Shown: positions 52,201-61,008 of the stretch, in pieces
Layout: the number at the start of each line of letters is the position of its first letter
Numbering within the stretch: position 1 is the stretch's first letter
The notes under the pieces: generated by a model
Told to the model about the DNA's origin: nothing
The model's database searches: none
The model's input: the letters and a program-made list of their open reading frames with translations, nothing else
Position numbers and translations under genes: made by a program
Assembly (NCBI GenBank): GCA_031460175.1
Contig: JAVKGW010000001.1
Coordinates: 469,738 to 533,737, forward strand
Source: Candidatus Sysuimicrobium tengchongense
GTDB taxonomy: Bacteria > Sysuimicrobiota > Sysuimicrobiia > Sysuimicrobiales > Sysuimicrobiaceae
DNA length: 64,000 nucleotides
Direction of reading: 5' to 3'

Positions 52201-52882
52201 GCCACACCTCCGGCCCCTGCTCCAGGTACTCCCAGGTGAACTGCCCGGGCAGCTCCGCGGCGAACTGGTAGTACAGGGGCTTGGGGTCGTGGTCGTTTAC
52301 GAGTTCGAAGGCCTCCCCGGCCCGAAGGGCGTGGAAGGTCTGGAAGATGAGCGGGTGACGCTGCGGAGGCGGCAGCCGCCGCACGTCCACCACGCGGCCC
52401 AGGGCGGCTTCCGCGGAGGCCGAGGGCTGCTCGTGCATGGCGTCGAGCAGGGCGTCCTGCTCCGACTCGGACAGGTGGGCCTCCACCAGGGGCAGGTATA
52501 CCCGCTCCTCCTTCTCCAGGTGGGCCTGGAACAGGGCCGCAAGCCCCAGGACCTCCCGCCGCAGCCGGTCGGGCCAGTGGAACGCGCCCCGCTGGGCCTC
52601 CGCCGCAGCCGCCTCCACCTGCCGCACGTGCTCCTCGATGAAGGTGTGGTCCATCCGCATGGTGGCGGTCGGGTCCCCGTACAATCGGAGGAGCGGGGCC
52701 ACCGCGGGGTACAGATGCTGTTCCTCCGCACGGGCGTGGGGGAGCAGCTCTTCCCGCAGGAACCGAACTAGGCCATCGAGGTCCGCCCGCTGCGGGTCAC
52801 GGGCCACGTCCTGAGCTAGGCGGTCGAGGCGGTCCCGGAGCTGGCGGTGGTGGGTGCGGAACGCTTCACCGAGACGGCTCAT
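52172..52882 (-). CDS. hemerythrin (HHE cation-binding) domain + DUF2249 fusion
   Basis: HHRQLRDRL, HARAEEQHLYP, MDHTFIEEH, LEKEERVYLP (hemerythrin). C-terminus VDVRRLPPPQRHPLIFQTFHALRAGEAFELVNDHDPKPLYYQF...WEYLEQGPEVWRVRI (DUF2249). ATG 52882 follows GGAGGTG. Confidence 0.8.
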   Translation of the reverse strand: MSRLGEAFRTHHRQLRDRLDRLAQDVARDPQRADLDGLVRFLREELLPHARAEEQHLYPAVAPLLRLYGDPTATMRMDHTFIEEHVRQVEAAAAEAQRGAFHWPDRLRREVLGLAALFQAHLEKEERVYLPLVEAHLSESEQDALLDAMHEQPSASAEAALGRVVDVRRLPPPQRHPLIFQTFHALRAGEAFELVNDHDPKPLYYQFAAELPGQFTWEYLEQGPEVWRVRIGKPAV

Positions 52883-52895
52883 GGATTTCACCTCC

Positions 52896-53948
52896 TCACG
52901 CGTGGACGGTGCTGACACGGACTTCCTGCGGACGCACTCGGCGTGCAAGGTCCCGGAACACCGCCGATACCTCAAGCTCCGGCCGGGCCCACACCACAGG
53001 CTCTCCCCGGTCCGCGCACTCCCGGACCGCGGGGTCCAGGGGCAGTTCCGCCAGGAGCGGTACGCCCAGCCGCTGGGCCGCCTCCCGACCTCCGCCGCGG
53101 CCGAAGGGGTGCACGACGGGCCCGTCCGGGAGGGGCCGGTACCACGAGAGGTTCTCCACCACCCCCAGCACCCGGAGGTTCACCTTCTCGGCCATCCGCG
53201 CGGCCCGCAGCGCCACCTCCACGGCTGCGGGCTGCGGGGTGGTGACCACTAGCCACTCCGCGTACAGGAGCTCCTGCGCGATGGTCAGGGCCACATCCCC
53301 GGTCCCGGGCGGCAGGTCCAGGAGGAGGACATCCAGGTCCTCCCAGGCCACCTCGTGCAGGAAGGTCCGCAGGGCCTTGTGCAGCATGGGGCCCCGCCAG
53401 ATCACCGCTTCTCCGGCGTCCACCAGCATCCCCATGGTCACGACCTGGATCCCGCGGCGTTGGATGGGGACGATCCGGCCACCACGCACCTCCGGACGAT
53501 CCGTGACGCCCAGCATGCGGGCGATGCTGAACCCGTACACGTCCGCGTCCAGGACGCCCACCCGGAGTCCTTCAAGGGCGAGGGCCGCCGCCAGGTTGGT
53601 GGTGACCGTGGACTTGCCTACCCCGCCCTTGCCGCTGGCCACCGCCACCGCCCGGCGCGCGAGGGGTACCTCAGGCGAAGAGCGAGGGGCGTTCTGTCGA
53701 CCCCCGGCGGGGGCGACCCGCACCACCTCCACCACCCGCACCCCGGGCAGGCCCAGGACGGCGCGGCGCACCTCCCGCTCCAGCGCCTCCTGCACTTCCG
53801 GCGCCAGGTGTGCCACCGCCAGCGCCACCCCCACCACGTCGCGTTGCGCGGTCACCCGGCGGACGAGTCCGAACGACACGATGTCCCGGGTGTAGCCTGG
53901 ATACCGGACTCCGCGCAGGACTTCCCACACCTGGTCCTTGAGTTCCAC
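52896..53948 (-). CDS. mrp: Mrp/NBP35/ApbC-family Fe-S cluster carrier ATPase with N-terminal DUF59
   Basis: VASGKGGVGKSTVTTNLA deviant Walker A. DLPPGTGD. N-terminus VRYPGYTRDIVSFGLV. Confidence 0.9.
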   Translation of the reverse strand: MELKDQVWEVLRGVRYPGYTRDIVSFGLVRRVTAQRDVVGVALAVAHLAPEVQEALEREVRRAVLGLPGVRVVEVVRVAPAGGRQNAPRSSPEVPLARRAVAVASGKGGVGKSTVTTNLAAALALEGLRVGVLDADVYGFSIARMLGVTDRPEVRGGRIVPIQRRGIQVVTMGMLVDAGEAVIWRGPMLHKALRTFLHEVAWEDLDVLLLDLPPGTGDVALTIAQELLYAEWLVVTTPQPAAVEVALRAARMAEKVNLRVLGVVENLSWYRPLPDGPVVHPFGRGGGREAAQRLGVPLLAELPLDPAVRECADRGEPVVWARPELEVSAVFRDLARRVRPQEVRVSTVHA

Positions 53949-53949
53949 C

Positions 53950-54315
53950 TCACCCCTCCCAGCCGAGCTGCCGCTTGGCCTCCGGAGACATCATGTCCGG
54001 GTGCCAGGGCGGGTCCCACACGAGCCGCACGTCCACCTCCCTGACCCAGGGGACGTCCCGACGCAGGAAGAAGTGGATGGCGTCCAGCACGTAGCTGTGC
54101 AGGGGACAGGCGGGCGTGGTCATGGTCACCGCCACGCGCACCGTCTCGTCCTCTACCGTCACGTCGTACACGAGCCCCAGGTCTACGATGTTGATCCCGA
54201 GCTCAGGGTCCACCACTTCGCGCAGAGTCTCCCATACCTGGCGCTGCAGCGCCCCGGCCGCTTCTCCCGGGCCTCCGGCGACTTGCGGCAGAGACTCCTG
54301 AGGCGACTCAGACAT
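53950..54315 (-). CDS. DUF59 (MIP18/PaaD-like) Fe-S assembly protein
   Basis: VWETLREVVDPELGINIVDLGLVYDV...VAVTMTTPACPL is the canonical DUF59. ATG at 54315. The rest of the 262-aa track ORF is spurious. Confidence 0.85.
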   Translation of the reverse strand: MSESPQESLPQVAGGPGEAAGALQRQVWETLREVVDPELGINIVDLGLVYDVTVEDETVRVAVTMTTPACPLHSYVLDAIHFFLRRDVPWVREVDVRLVWDPPWHPDMMSPEAKRQLGWEG

Positions 54316-54766
54316 GGCTCCCCATCCCCAGCAGCCCGCGGCGCTGCAGGTAGTCGCGGCCCAGTCCCTCCAGGGCAGAGGCGGGCAGCTCCTGCTCGGC
54401 CATCGGGAAGACCGCCTCCTCTTCTGCGAAGAAGTGCTGTTTGGCCAGCCCGGCCACGTTGAGGAGTTGCTGGCGGGCGCGTTGGAGGTCGCCCGTGCGG
54501 CCGAGTTCGTCCAGGGCGCCGTCGATGTCGTCGTGCATGGTCCGCATCCCGCGCACCGCGGCCTCCGCCCGGGGAGTTTCCCGCTCCAGCGGCTCGAAGA
54601 GCAGTTCGTCCTCCACCTGCGCGTGCGACCGGATCGCCTCCGCCAGCAGGTCCCGGTAGGCCCGCAGCTCCTCGAGGCCCGCGTGGGGCGCCAGCTCCTC
54701 GGCCCGGTCCAGCAGGGCGTACAGCACGCCGTGCTCACCCAGCAGGTAGGTCACGATGGACATCAT
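54308..54766 (-). CDS. hemerythrin-domain protein (RIC/ScdA C-terminal-like)
   Basis: LLGEHGVLYALLD, SHAQVEDELLFEPL, MHDDIDGAL, KQHFFAEEEAVFP. ATGATG at 54766-54761. Confidence 0.75.
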   Translation of the reverse strand: MMSIVTYLLGEHGVLYALLDRAEELAPHAGLEELRAYRDLLAEAIRSHAQVEDELLFEPLERETPRAEAAVRGMRTMHDDIDGALDELGRTGDLQRARQQLLNVAGLAKQHFFAEEEAVFPMAEQELPASALEGLGRDYLQRRGLLGMGSHV

Positions 54767-54956
54767 TTCCCTCCTGTGCGAGTTCCCGGAGGAAGATCTC
54801 CAGGGGCAGCCGGTACACCCGGGCCACCTCTTCCAGGGTCTCGAAGGGGGCGAGGTCGCATCCCGGGCAGGCCATGCGGTGGCGCAAGAACACCCGCACC
54901 GCCTGCGGCCTTCGCCGGAGGAACGTCTCCACGATCTCGTCCTTGCGCACCTCCAT
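54735..54956 (-). CDS. DUF1858 / ScdA_N-like domain protein
   Basis: IVETFLRRRPQAVRVFLRHRMACPGCDLAPFETLEEVARVYRLPLEIFLREL is the ScdA N-terminal-type domain. Overlaps the hemerythrin ORF by 32 nt in another frame. Confidence 0.7.
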   Translation of the reverse strand: MEVRKDEIVETFLRRRPQAVRVFLRHRMACPGCDLAPFETLEEVARVYRLPLEIFLRELAQEGNDVHRDLPAG

Positions 54957-54993
54957 GTCGTCTTCAGTTCAGCGGATTTCTTAGGCTTTGTCT

Positions 54994-55007
54994 TTGCGCT
55001 CGCGCAA
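54994..55007. promoter_or_regulatory. perfect NnrR/Dnr-type FNR-family box TTGCG-N4-CGCAA in a divergent promoter region
   Basis: TTGCGCTCGCGCAA, centre 55000.5. About 44 nt from the DUF1858 ATG (54956) and about 48-54 nt from the crp/fnr start (55049/55055). Confidence 0.6.
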
Positions 55008-55048
55008 ACGCATTGCCCTGAAAAGGTCACCGGCCCCACCATGAGGGT

Positions 55049-55771
55049 GTGAGCGTGGAGGTCCTGGCCCGCTGCCCGGTCTTTCACGGGCTAACCCCGG
55101 AGGAGCTGAGGAGCGTCCGGACCTCGGCCCGGTCGAGGATGCTGCGCCGGGGCGAGGTGCTGTTCTCCCAAGGAGATCCGGCCACGCACGCCTACGTGCT
55201 GGAGGCGGGGCGGATGCGCCTGGTGCAGGTATTCCCGGATGGCCGGGCAGTGATCCACCGGATCCTCACACCGGGAGAGTTCTTCGGCGGGATCGCGGCC
55301 CTGGGGGAAGCCCGCTATCCCGTCTCCGCGGAGGCCCTGGAGGACAGCATGGTGCTCGGGTGGTCCGGGGAGGCGATGCAGCGACTCCTCCTCCGACACC
55401 CGCGAGTTGCCCTTAACCTCCTCCGGCTGCAGGCCCGGCGGATCGAGGAGCTGCAGGAGCGCGTCCAGGAGCTCATCTCCGAGCGGGTGGAGCGGCGGGT
55501 GGCGCGGGCGGTGCTGCGGTTGGCGCGGCAGGCAGGGCGCCGGACGGAGGAGGGGATCCTCATCGACCTTCCGCTTTCTCGGGAAGACCTGGCGAACTTA
55601 ACGGGCACCACCCTCTTCACCACGAGCCGAATCCTGAGCCGGTGGGAGCGGCAGGGGATCGTCTTCGCCGGACGGCAGCGGCTGGTGATTCGCATTCCCC
55701 ACGCGCTGGTGGAGATCGCGGAGGACCTCTCCTTGACGGGGGACAAAGAGCCCTCCGGAGAGGGCGGATAG
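55049..55771 (+). CDS. Crp/Fnr-family transcriptional regulator (no FNR-type N-terminal Cys cluster)
   Basis: cNMP-binding-like beta-roll (LRRGEVLFSQGDPATHAYVLEAGRMRL...GEFFG). C-terminal HTH (SREDLANLTGTTLFTTSRILSRWERQG). Confidence 0.85.
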   Translation: MSVEVLARCPVFHGLTPEELRSVRTSARSRMLRRGEVLFSQGDPATHAYVLEAGRMRLVQVFPDGRAVIHRILTPGEFFGGIAALGEARYPVSAEALEDSMVLGWSGEAMQRLLLRHPRVALNLLRLQARRIEELQERVQELISERVERRVARAVLRLARQAGRRTEEGILIDLPLSREDLANLTGTTLFTTSRILSRWERQGIVFAGRQRLVIRIPHALVEIAEDLSLTGDKEPSGEGG

Positions 55772-55783
55772 AATGCTTTCGGG

Positions 55784-56284
55784 ATGTACCACCTGAGCGT
55801 GTACGTGCACCTCCTGAGCGCGGTGGTGTGGGTGGGCGGGATGTTGTTCCTGGCCCTGGTGGCCATCCCCGTGCTGCGAGACCTCGAGGATCGGCACCGG
55901 GCGGAGCTGGTGGCCCGGGTGGGGGAGCGGTTCCGACCGGTGGCGTGGACGTGCATCGTGCTCCTGGTGGTCACGGGTGTGGTGAACCTGGCGTACCGGG
56001 GGGTCACCTGGGAGAGCGTGGTCACGGGACGGCTGTGGCAAAGCCCTTTCGGGCAGGTGCTCGCGTGGAAGCTGGGATTCGTGCTGGCCGCTGTCCTGCT
56101 CAGCGCCGTCCACGACTTCTACCTGGGGCCTCAGAGCACGCGTCTGATGCGGAACGGGAACCCGGATGTGCGAAAGGCCCTTGCCCTGCGACGAAGAGCC
56201 GCCTGGCTCGGCCGCCTCAACGCCGTATTCGTTCTCGCGATCCTGGCCCTCGCGGTCATGCTGGTCCGGGGAATTCCGCGGTAG
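55784..56284 (+). CDS. 4-TM membrane protein (CopD/DUF4149-like)
   Basis: YVHLLSAVVWVGGMLFLALV..., WKLGFVLAAVLLSAVHDFYLGP. Family tentative. Confidence 0.5.
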   Translation: MYHLSVYVHLLSAVVWVGGMLFLALVAIPVLRDLEDRHRAELVARVGERFRPVAWTCIVLLVVTGVVNLAYRGVTWESVVTGRLWQSPFGQVLAWKLGFVLAAVLLSAVHDFYLGPQSTRLMRNGNPDVRKALALRRRAAWLGRLNAVFVLAILALAVMLVRGIPR

Positions 56285-56299
56285 AAGGAAGGAGACGCC

Positions 56300-56556
56300 A
56301 TGACGACACGGGTGGATGTCCAACAGGTGGCTCCCGGGCCCTGGAGGCCATCCGGAACCTGGAGCGCGGTGTAGCCCCGCCATCGCTGGATCGGAGGCTC
56401 GTGGAACGTGTGAGGTGCGGCGGGGGGTTCGACGAGCGGGCGCTGGTGGAGCTGACCATGGCGGTGATCACCATCAACGCCTGGAACCGCCTGAGCATCG
56501 CGTTTCGAATCCCCCGAGTCTGTAGCGCGGGGCCCTCTCGCGTACCCGCGTTCTGA
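56300..56556 (+). pseudogene. AhpD-like carboxymuconolactone decarboxylase-family remnant
   Basis: A good RBS plus MTTRVDVQQVAPG, then a frameshift. ALEAIRNLERGV..SLDRRLVERVRC then jumps to the family C-terminus FDERALVELTMAVITINAWNRLSIAF. The CxxC-containing core is missing. Confidence 0.55.
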
Positions 56557-56630
56557 TCGCCGGAGGATCCGGCCGGGTAGATCCCGAAGGTACTAGGGGC
56601 GGGGCTGTACCTACCTGCGGTGGAGAGGGA

Positions 56631-56987
56631 ATGATCCGGGTGAAACGTGTGTACGATCCCGCAGAACCCGAGGACGGGAAGCGGTACCTGGTGGACCGAC
56701 TGTGGCCTCGGGGGATGCGGAAGGGGGACCTGCGGGTGGAGGGGTGGCTGCGGGAGGTGGCGCCCAGCGACGGCCTGCGGCGGTGGTTCGGGCACGATCC
56801 GCGGAAGTGGGAGGCGTTCAAGCGGCGGTACTTCGCGGAGCTGGAGGCCCGCCCGGAGGCCTGGCGGCCGCTCTGGGAGGCCGCGCGGAGCGGGAACGTG
56901 ACGCTCTTGTACAGCGCCCGGGACCCCGCCCACAACAACGCGGTGGCCCTCAAGGAGTTCTTGGAGCGCAAGCAGAAAACCCCATAA
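56631..56987 (+). CDS. DUF488 protein
   Basis: RVYDPAEPEDGKRYLVDRLWPRG..K......W..E.APS..LR.WF.HDP..W..F...Y..EL matches the DUF488 consensus closely. Confidence 0.85.
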   Translation: MIRVKRVYDPAEPEDGKRYLVDRLWPRGMRKGDLRVEGWLREVAPSDGLRRWFGHDPRKWEAFKRRYFAELEARPEAWRPLWEAARSGNVTLLYSARDPAHNNAVALKEFLERKQKTP

Positions 56988-57008
56988 ACCCCGTAGACGA
57001 GGCTGAGG

Positions 57009-58271
57009 ATGCAGATCACCCTCCGACCCCAGCAGGATCCCTGGGAGATGGCCCTGGAGCAGTTCCAGCGGGCAGCTCGACACGTGCCCCTCAAGCGGGG
57101 CATCCGGGAGTTCCTCATGCATCCCCGACGGGAGCTCACCGTGAACTTCCCCGTGAAGATGGACGACGGATCCGTGCAGATCTTCACCGGTTACCGGGTG
57201 CACCACAGCACGGTCCTGGGTCCCACCAAGGGCGGCATCCGCTACCACCCGGACGTCACCCTGAACGAGGTGCGGGCGTTGGCCATGTGGATGACGTGGA
57301 AGTGCGCGGTGGCGGGGCTGCCGTACGGGGGAGCCAAGGGTGGGGTGGTGTGCGACCCCAAGCGGCTCTCCCCGGGGGAACTGGAGCGCCTCACGCGTCG
57401 GTACGCCACGGAGATCAGCGTGCTCATGGGCCCGGAGAGCGACATCCCTGCCCCGGACGTGGGGACGAACCCGCAGGTGATGGCGTGGATCATGGACACC
57501 TACAGCATGCACCGGGGCTACTCCGTCCCTGCCGTGGTGACCGGAAAGCCCCTCTCCGTAGGCGGGACCGCGGGGCGGGAGGAGGCCACGGGGCGGGGGT
57601 GCGCGCTCGTGGCCCGGGAGGCCGCGAAGGCGGTGGGGCTTCGGCTGGAAGGAGCTCGGGTCGCGGTGCAGGGGTTCGGGAACGTGGGATACCACGCGGC
57701 CCGGCTCCTCCACGGGATGGGAGCCCGGGTGGTGGCGGTGAGCGATTCCCGGGGCGGGATCTACAACCCGGAGGGGCTGGATCCGGAGGCGGTACAGGGA
57801 CACAAGCGGGAAACCGGGAGCGTGGCGGGCTTTCCAGGAGCCCACCCGGTGAGCAACGCGGAGCTCCTGGAACTCCCCTGCGAGATCCTGGTGCCCGCGG
57901 CCCTGGAGGGTCAGATCCACCGGGAGAACGCCGCCCGCGTCCGGGCGCGGGTGGTGGTGGAGGGCGCGAACGGTCCCACCACTCCGGAGGCGGACGACAT
58001 CCTCCGGGAGCGCGGGGTGCTGGTGGTGCCGGACATCGTGGCCAACGCGGGCGGGGTCATCGTCTCGTACTTCGAGTGGGTGCAGGACCTCCAATCCTTC
58101 TTCTGGGAGGAGGCGGAGATCCACCAGCGCTTGGAGCGGATGCTGGTGCGCAGCTTCCACCGGGTGATGGAGGTGGCGAAGGCCCACGGGGTGGACCTGC
58201 GCACCGCCGCCCTCATCTGGGCCATCCAGCGGGTCAGCGACGCCCTGTTCACCATGGGGATCTACCCCTGA
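57009..58271 (+). CDS. gdhA: glutamate dehydrogenase (Glu/Leu/Phe/Val dehydrogenase family)
   Basis: [26 protein letters not shown] (catalytic Lys box), [14 protein letters not shown] (NAD(P) fold), [10 protein letters not shown]. Confidence 0.92.
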   Translation: MQITLRPQQDPWEMALEQFQRAARHVPLKRGIREFLMHPRRELTVNFPVKMDDGSVQIFTGYRVHHSTVLGPTKGGIRYHPDVTLNEVRALAMWMTWKCAVAGLPYGGAKGGVVCDPKRLSPGELERLTRRYATEISVLMGPESDIPAPDVGTNPQVMAWIMDTYSMHRGYSVPAVVTGKPLSVGGTAGREEATGRGCALVAREAAKAVGLRLEGARVAVQGFGNVGYHAARLLHGMGARVVAVSDSRGGIYNPEGLDPEAVQGHKRETGSVAGFPGAHPVSNAELLELPCEILVPAALEGQIHRENAARVRARVVVEGANGPTTPEADDILRERGVLVVPDIVANAGGVIVSYFEWVQDLQSFFWEEAEIHQRLERMLVRSFHRVMEVAKAHGVDLRTAALIWAIQRVSDALFTMGIYP

Positions 58272-58373
58272 CGGGGAGCGCTCAAGGATCGCCTCCGGGA
58301 CGACCCCGGTCTTTCGCCCGGGCAACGCGCCCTGAACCCCGGCCGGAAACCCACGGTCAGCCGGGGGTAACCC

Positions 58374-58814
58374 CTACGGCGCCACCCGGATGAGGCCGCG
58401 CATGCCCAGATCCCGGTGGAGACGACCTCCTTCCAGCACGCTGCACCAGAACTCGAAGGTCCCCGCGCGCTTCGGCAGCATCCGGATCACCGCCTCCGCC
58501 CCTGGCTCGAGTTCCACCTCCTCGATCTCGCCCTCCACGGTGACCCCCGCCGCGGTCACCTCCGCCTCCCCGGAACGCAGCAGGGACGAGAGGAAATCGT
58601 GCTTCTGCTTGCCCACGTTCCGGATGCGGAGCACCAAGGGGGAGCCCCGACGTGCCGTGATCCGCGAGGGGACGAACGCGAATTCCCTCGCCTCCACCAC
58701 CACCCCCTTCGAGGAGGTCCCCCGGGCCGCATGTTGACCTCCTCCGAGCGCCGCCACGAGAACCCCGAGCCCGACCGCGAGACCCGTCCAGGGGAAGGTA
58801 CGCCCGCTCCGCAC
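58374..58814 (-). CDS. secreted/anchored cupredoxin-like protein
   Basis: FAFVPSRITARRGSPLVLRIRNVGKQKHDF ... FWCSVLEGGRLHRDLGM gives an H...C-x8-H-x4-M pattern on a plastocyanin-like fold. Confidence 0.6.
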   Translation of the reverse strand: MRSGRTFPWTGLAVGLGVLVAALGGGQHAARGTSSKGVVVEAREFAFVPSRITARRGSPLVLRIRNVGKQKHDFLSSLLRSGEAEVTAAGVTVEGEIEEVELEPGAEAVIRMLPKRAGTFEFWCSVLEGGRLHRDLGMRGLIRVAP

Positions 58815-59034
58815 TCCCCTCCCTCCTTCAGTGTTGTTGGATTGCCGGACTCATTGAGATCGGATCTTCAAACTATTTTCATTAGGTAACCCTTAACAAT
58901 TCTAAACTAATGCGCTCAGGAATTGGCGTCAAGGGGGAGAGCAAGAGAAACCGCGCGATCCTGCTCTCTTGCGGGGCGCGGGTTCGGGGCTCCCGATTGC
59001 CGGGCCCGCACCGCAAGCGGAGAGATCGGGTTGG

Positions 59035-59062
59035 GGGAGGGGTGGACGGCCACCCCTCCCCG
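59035..59062 (-). terminator. GC-rich hairpin just downstream of the dioxygenase gene
   Basis: GGGGAGGGGTGG-ACGG-CCACCCCTCCCC, a 12-bp perfect stem. No clear U-tract, so the terminator role is tentative. Confidence 0.4.
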
Positions 59063-59065
59063 TCC

Positions 59066-60025
59066 TCACCCCTCCACCGGGGGAGTGCCGTAGGTGTAGA
59101 AGGTCTCCGGGAGGCGCCCACCGAACCAGATGGTGCTCTTCTCCAGATCGCTCTCGTTCGACACGTCCCACACCACGGTCTTCCAGTCCGGGTCGAAGAT
59201 GAGGTATCCGGTGTCCCCGAACAGCTCCACCCGGGTTCCTCCCGGCTCGAACACGTACATGAAGTAGGCCTGGGTGGTCCCGTGCTTCCCCGGTCCCGCC
59301 TCGATGCGGATTCCGTAGTCCGAGCAGGCATCCGCCAGGTCAGAGAGGTGCTGGGGATAACCATACCAGAAGGCCACGTGGTGGAACCGGCCCCGGGAAC
59401 CGGTGGCGTCCCGCATGAGCCCGATCTCGTGCACGAGGGGGCTCACGCTGAGCCACGCGCCTACCTCCACGCCCCGCTCCCCGATTTTCTGCTCCCGGAG
59501 CTTGAACCCGAGCTGCTCCATCATGAACCGGCGGTTGGGCGCCACCTCCGCGCACAGACAGTTCACGTGGTCCAGCCGGCGCACGGGGATGCCGCGCAGG
59601 GGCCTGCGGGAGGGGCGGCTCTTGAGGGGGCTGCGCTTTGCCGGGGGAGCCTGGTAGTACTCCACCTCCCACAGGAGCTCCATCACGTGCCCGTCCGGAG
59701 TGGTGAACCGGTACGCGGGGCCATGCCCCAGGTCCCCATCCTGCCAGCCCTGGCCCGCCCCGCTGGACTGGAGGACCTTCACCCGCCGCTCGAGGGCTTC
59801 CGGGGAGGCCGCGCGCCACGCGATGTGCCCCAGCCCGGGTTTGGGGGCCTCCGTGATCTTCAGGGAGTGATGGTAGAAGTCCTCGTACCCCCGGAGGTAC
59901 ACGGACTGCCCTTCCCGGGTGGTCTCCTCCATGCCCAACAGGTCATGGAAGAACCAGTACGTCTCCTCGGGTTTCGGGGTGTAGATCTCCACGTGCGCGA
60001 GCTGCACCACGTCGAATCCTTCCAT
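59066..60025 (-). CDS. extradiol ring-cleavage dioxygenase (catechol 2,3-dioxygenase type, two VOC modules)
   Basis: [38 protein letters not shown]..., FHHVAFW, GPGKHG..Q..Y.YVFEPGG.RVEL fit type I.2 extradiol dioxygenases. Confidence 0.85.
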   Translation of the reverse strand: MEGFDVVQLAHVEIYTPKPEETYWFFHDLLGMEETTREGQSVYLRGYEDFYHHSLKITEAPKPGLGHIAWRAASPEALERRVKVLQSSGAGQGWQDGDLGHGPAYRFTTPDGHVMELLWEVEYYQAPPAKRSPLKSRPSRRPLRGIPVRRLDHVNCLCAEVAPNRRFMMEQLGFKLREQKIGERGVEVGAWLSVSPLVHEIGLMRDATGSRGRFHHVAFWYGYPQHLSDLADACSDYGIRIEAGPGKHGTTQAYFMYVFEPGGTRVELFGDTGYLIFDPDWKTVVWDVSNESDLEKSTIWFGGRLPETFYTYGTPPVEG

Positions 60026-60103
60026 CGGATCTCACCTCCCGGTCGCGCTGGAATTCGGAGGAGACGGTACCGAGCCCCGGGCCACAGGGGGATCCGGCAG
60101 AGG

Positions 60104-60129
60104 CCTGATTTTTGTCAGCAAAAATCGGG
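60104..60129. promoter_or_regulatory. AT-rich palindrome upstream of the dioxygenase gene / downstream of DUF3795
   Basis: CCTGATTTTTG-TCAG-CAAAAATCGGG, an 11-bp stem with one G.U. Conspicuous in GC-rich DNA. Could be an operator or a terminator hairpin. Confidence 0.35.
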
Positions 60130-60158
60130 CGCAGACCCGATGCCCGGGGCGGGACCCC

Positions 60159-60536
60159 TCATGTCCGGGCCAGGTGAGGCGTGTGCGCGGAGGCGTGGTC
60201 CCGGAGGGGGCAGTAGCTGAGCCACAGTTTCTGCGTCCGCGCCCACTCCGCCCATGCCGGATCGCCCAGTCGGGCCCGGAGCGCCGCGGACTCGATCCGC
60301 CGGTCCTCCGGGCCGCCCAGGGCCGCCAGGTTCGTGAGGAGGGCGCAGGGGAATTCCGGGCAGACCCCGCAGTGGGCCACCCCCCGGGTCTTCGCGCACG
60401 CGTACACGGGACAGAGGTTCACGAGCTGCGCCTCCCCCTGGGTCCCGCAGGTGGCCTCGAAGACCTCGTACCACGCGCTCCCGATCCAGTAGAGGCCGCA
60501 TACCCCCGCGTAGTCCTGAGGTTCCCGCTTTTCCAT
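60159..60536 (-). CDS. DUF3795 (Cys-rich, zinc-ribbon-like) protein
   Basis: YAGVCGLYW...C.G......C.V..C......V..CG.CPEFPC pattern. ATG 60536 follows GGAGGTG. Confidence 0.75.
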   Translation of the reverse strand: MEKREPQDYAGVCGLYWIGSAWYEVFEATCGTQGEAQLVNLCPVYACAKTRGVAHCGVCPEFPCALLTNLAALGGPEDRRIESAALRARLGDPAWAEWARTQKLWLSYCPLRDHASAHTPHLART

Positions 60537-60639
60537 GGAGCCCACCTCCGTTCCCAGGGTGACTCGAAAATCCTCGGGCCGGGATCGGGTGGATGCCCGA
60601 TTTCCGCCAGGGCACCGGGAGGGCTACGGTGGGGACGAG

Positions 60640-61008
60640 ATGAGGAAGATGCGCGTGGCGGTGGTGGACCGAGTCCCCCTCGTCCGGGAGGCGATCCGGG
60701 CGGTGTTGGCGGACCATGCCCAGGTGGTCCTCCAGGCGGACTCCCTGGAAGACCTCCTGGGTTGGGAGGGGGAGGTGGACGTGGTGGTGGCGGACTTCGG
60801 AGCGTGCAGCGGCCCCCACCGCGCGATCCTGCAGGACTTGCGGCAGCGGTGGCCTCAGGTGCGGCTCGTGGTGGCCACGGCAGGGGACGAGGGGCCCTAT
60901 GCGGAGGCTGCCCATGCCCTGGCCGCGGACGCCTGGGTGCCCAAGCACCGGCTCGGAACCCTGCTTCCCAGCCTTCTGGAGCGGCTGGTGGCGGCTACGG
61001 CTCGATGA
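60640..61008 (+). CDS. stand-alone receiver (CheY-like REC) domain protein
   Basis: VAVVDR..., DVVVADF (phospho-Asp candidate), LVVATAG (T), VPKH (K). Confidence 0.6.
   Translation: MRKMRVAVVDRVPLVREAIRAVLADHAQVVLQADSLEDLLGWEGEVDVVVADFGACSGPHRAILQDLRQRWPQVRLVVATAGDEGPYAEAAHALAADAWVPKHRLGTLLPSLLERLVAATAR

Noticed and set aside
56256-58325. 689-aa ORF antisense to glutamate dehydrogenase, plus similar giants at 41287-43590 (767 aa), 1577-3007, 29317-31182, 18061-19701, 62557-63978 and 35884-37665.
   Set aside because: They have P/R/G/H-rich low-complexity composition, no recognisable motifs and no RBS. Each lies exactly opposite or out of frame to a gene with strong family motifs. This is the usual stop-codon-poor shadow-ORF effect of high GC.
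58830-58935. AT-rich tract between the cupredoxin and dioxygenase genes, considered as a possible small RNA or riboswitch.
   Set aside because: I could identify no conserved riboswitch core or convincing terminator-antiterminator pair. It is most simply the promoter and UP-element region of the cupredoxin gene.
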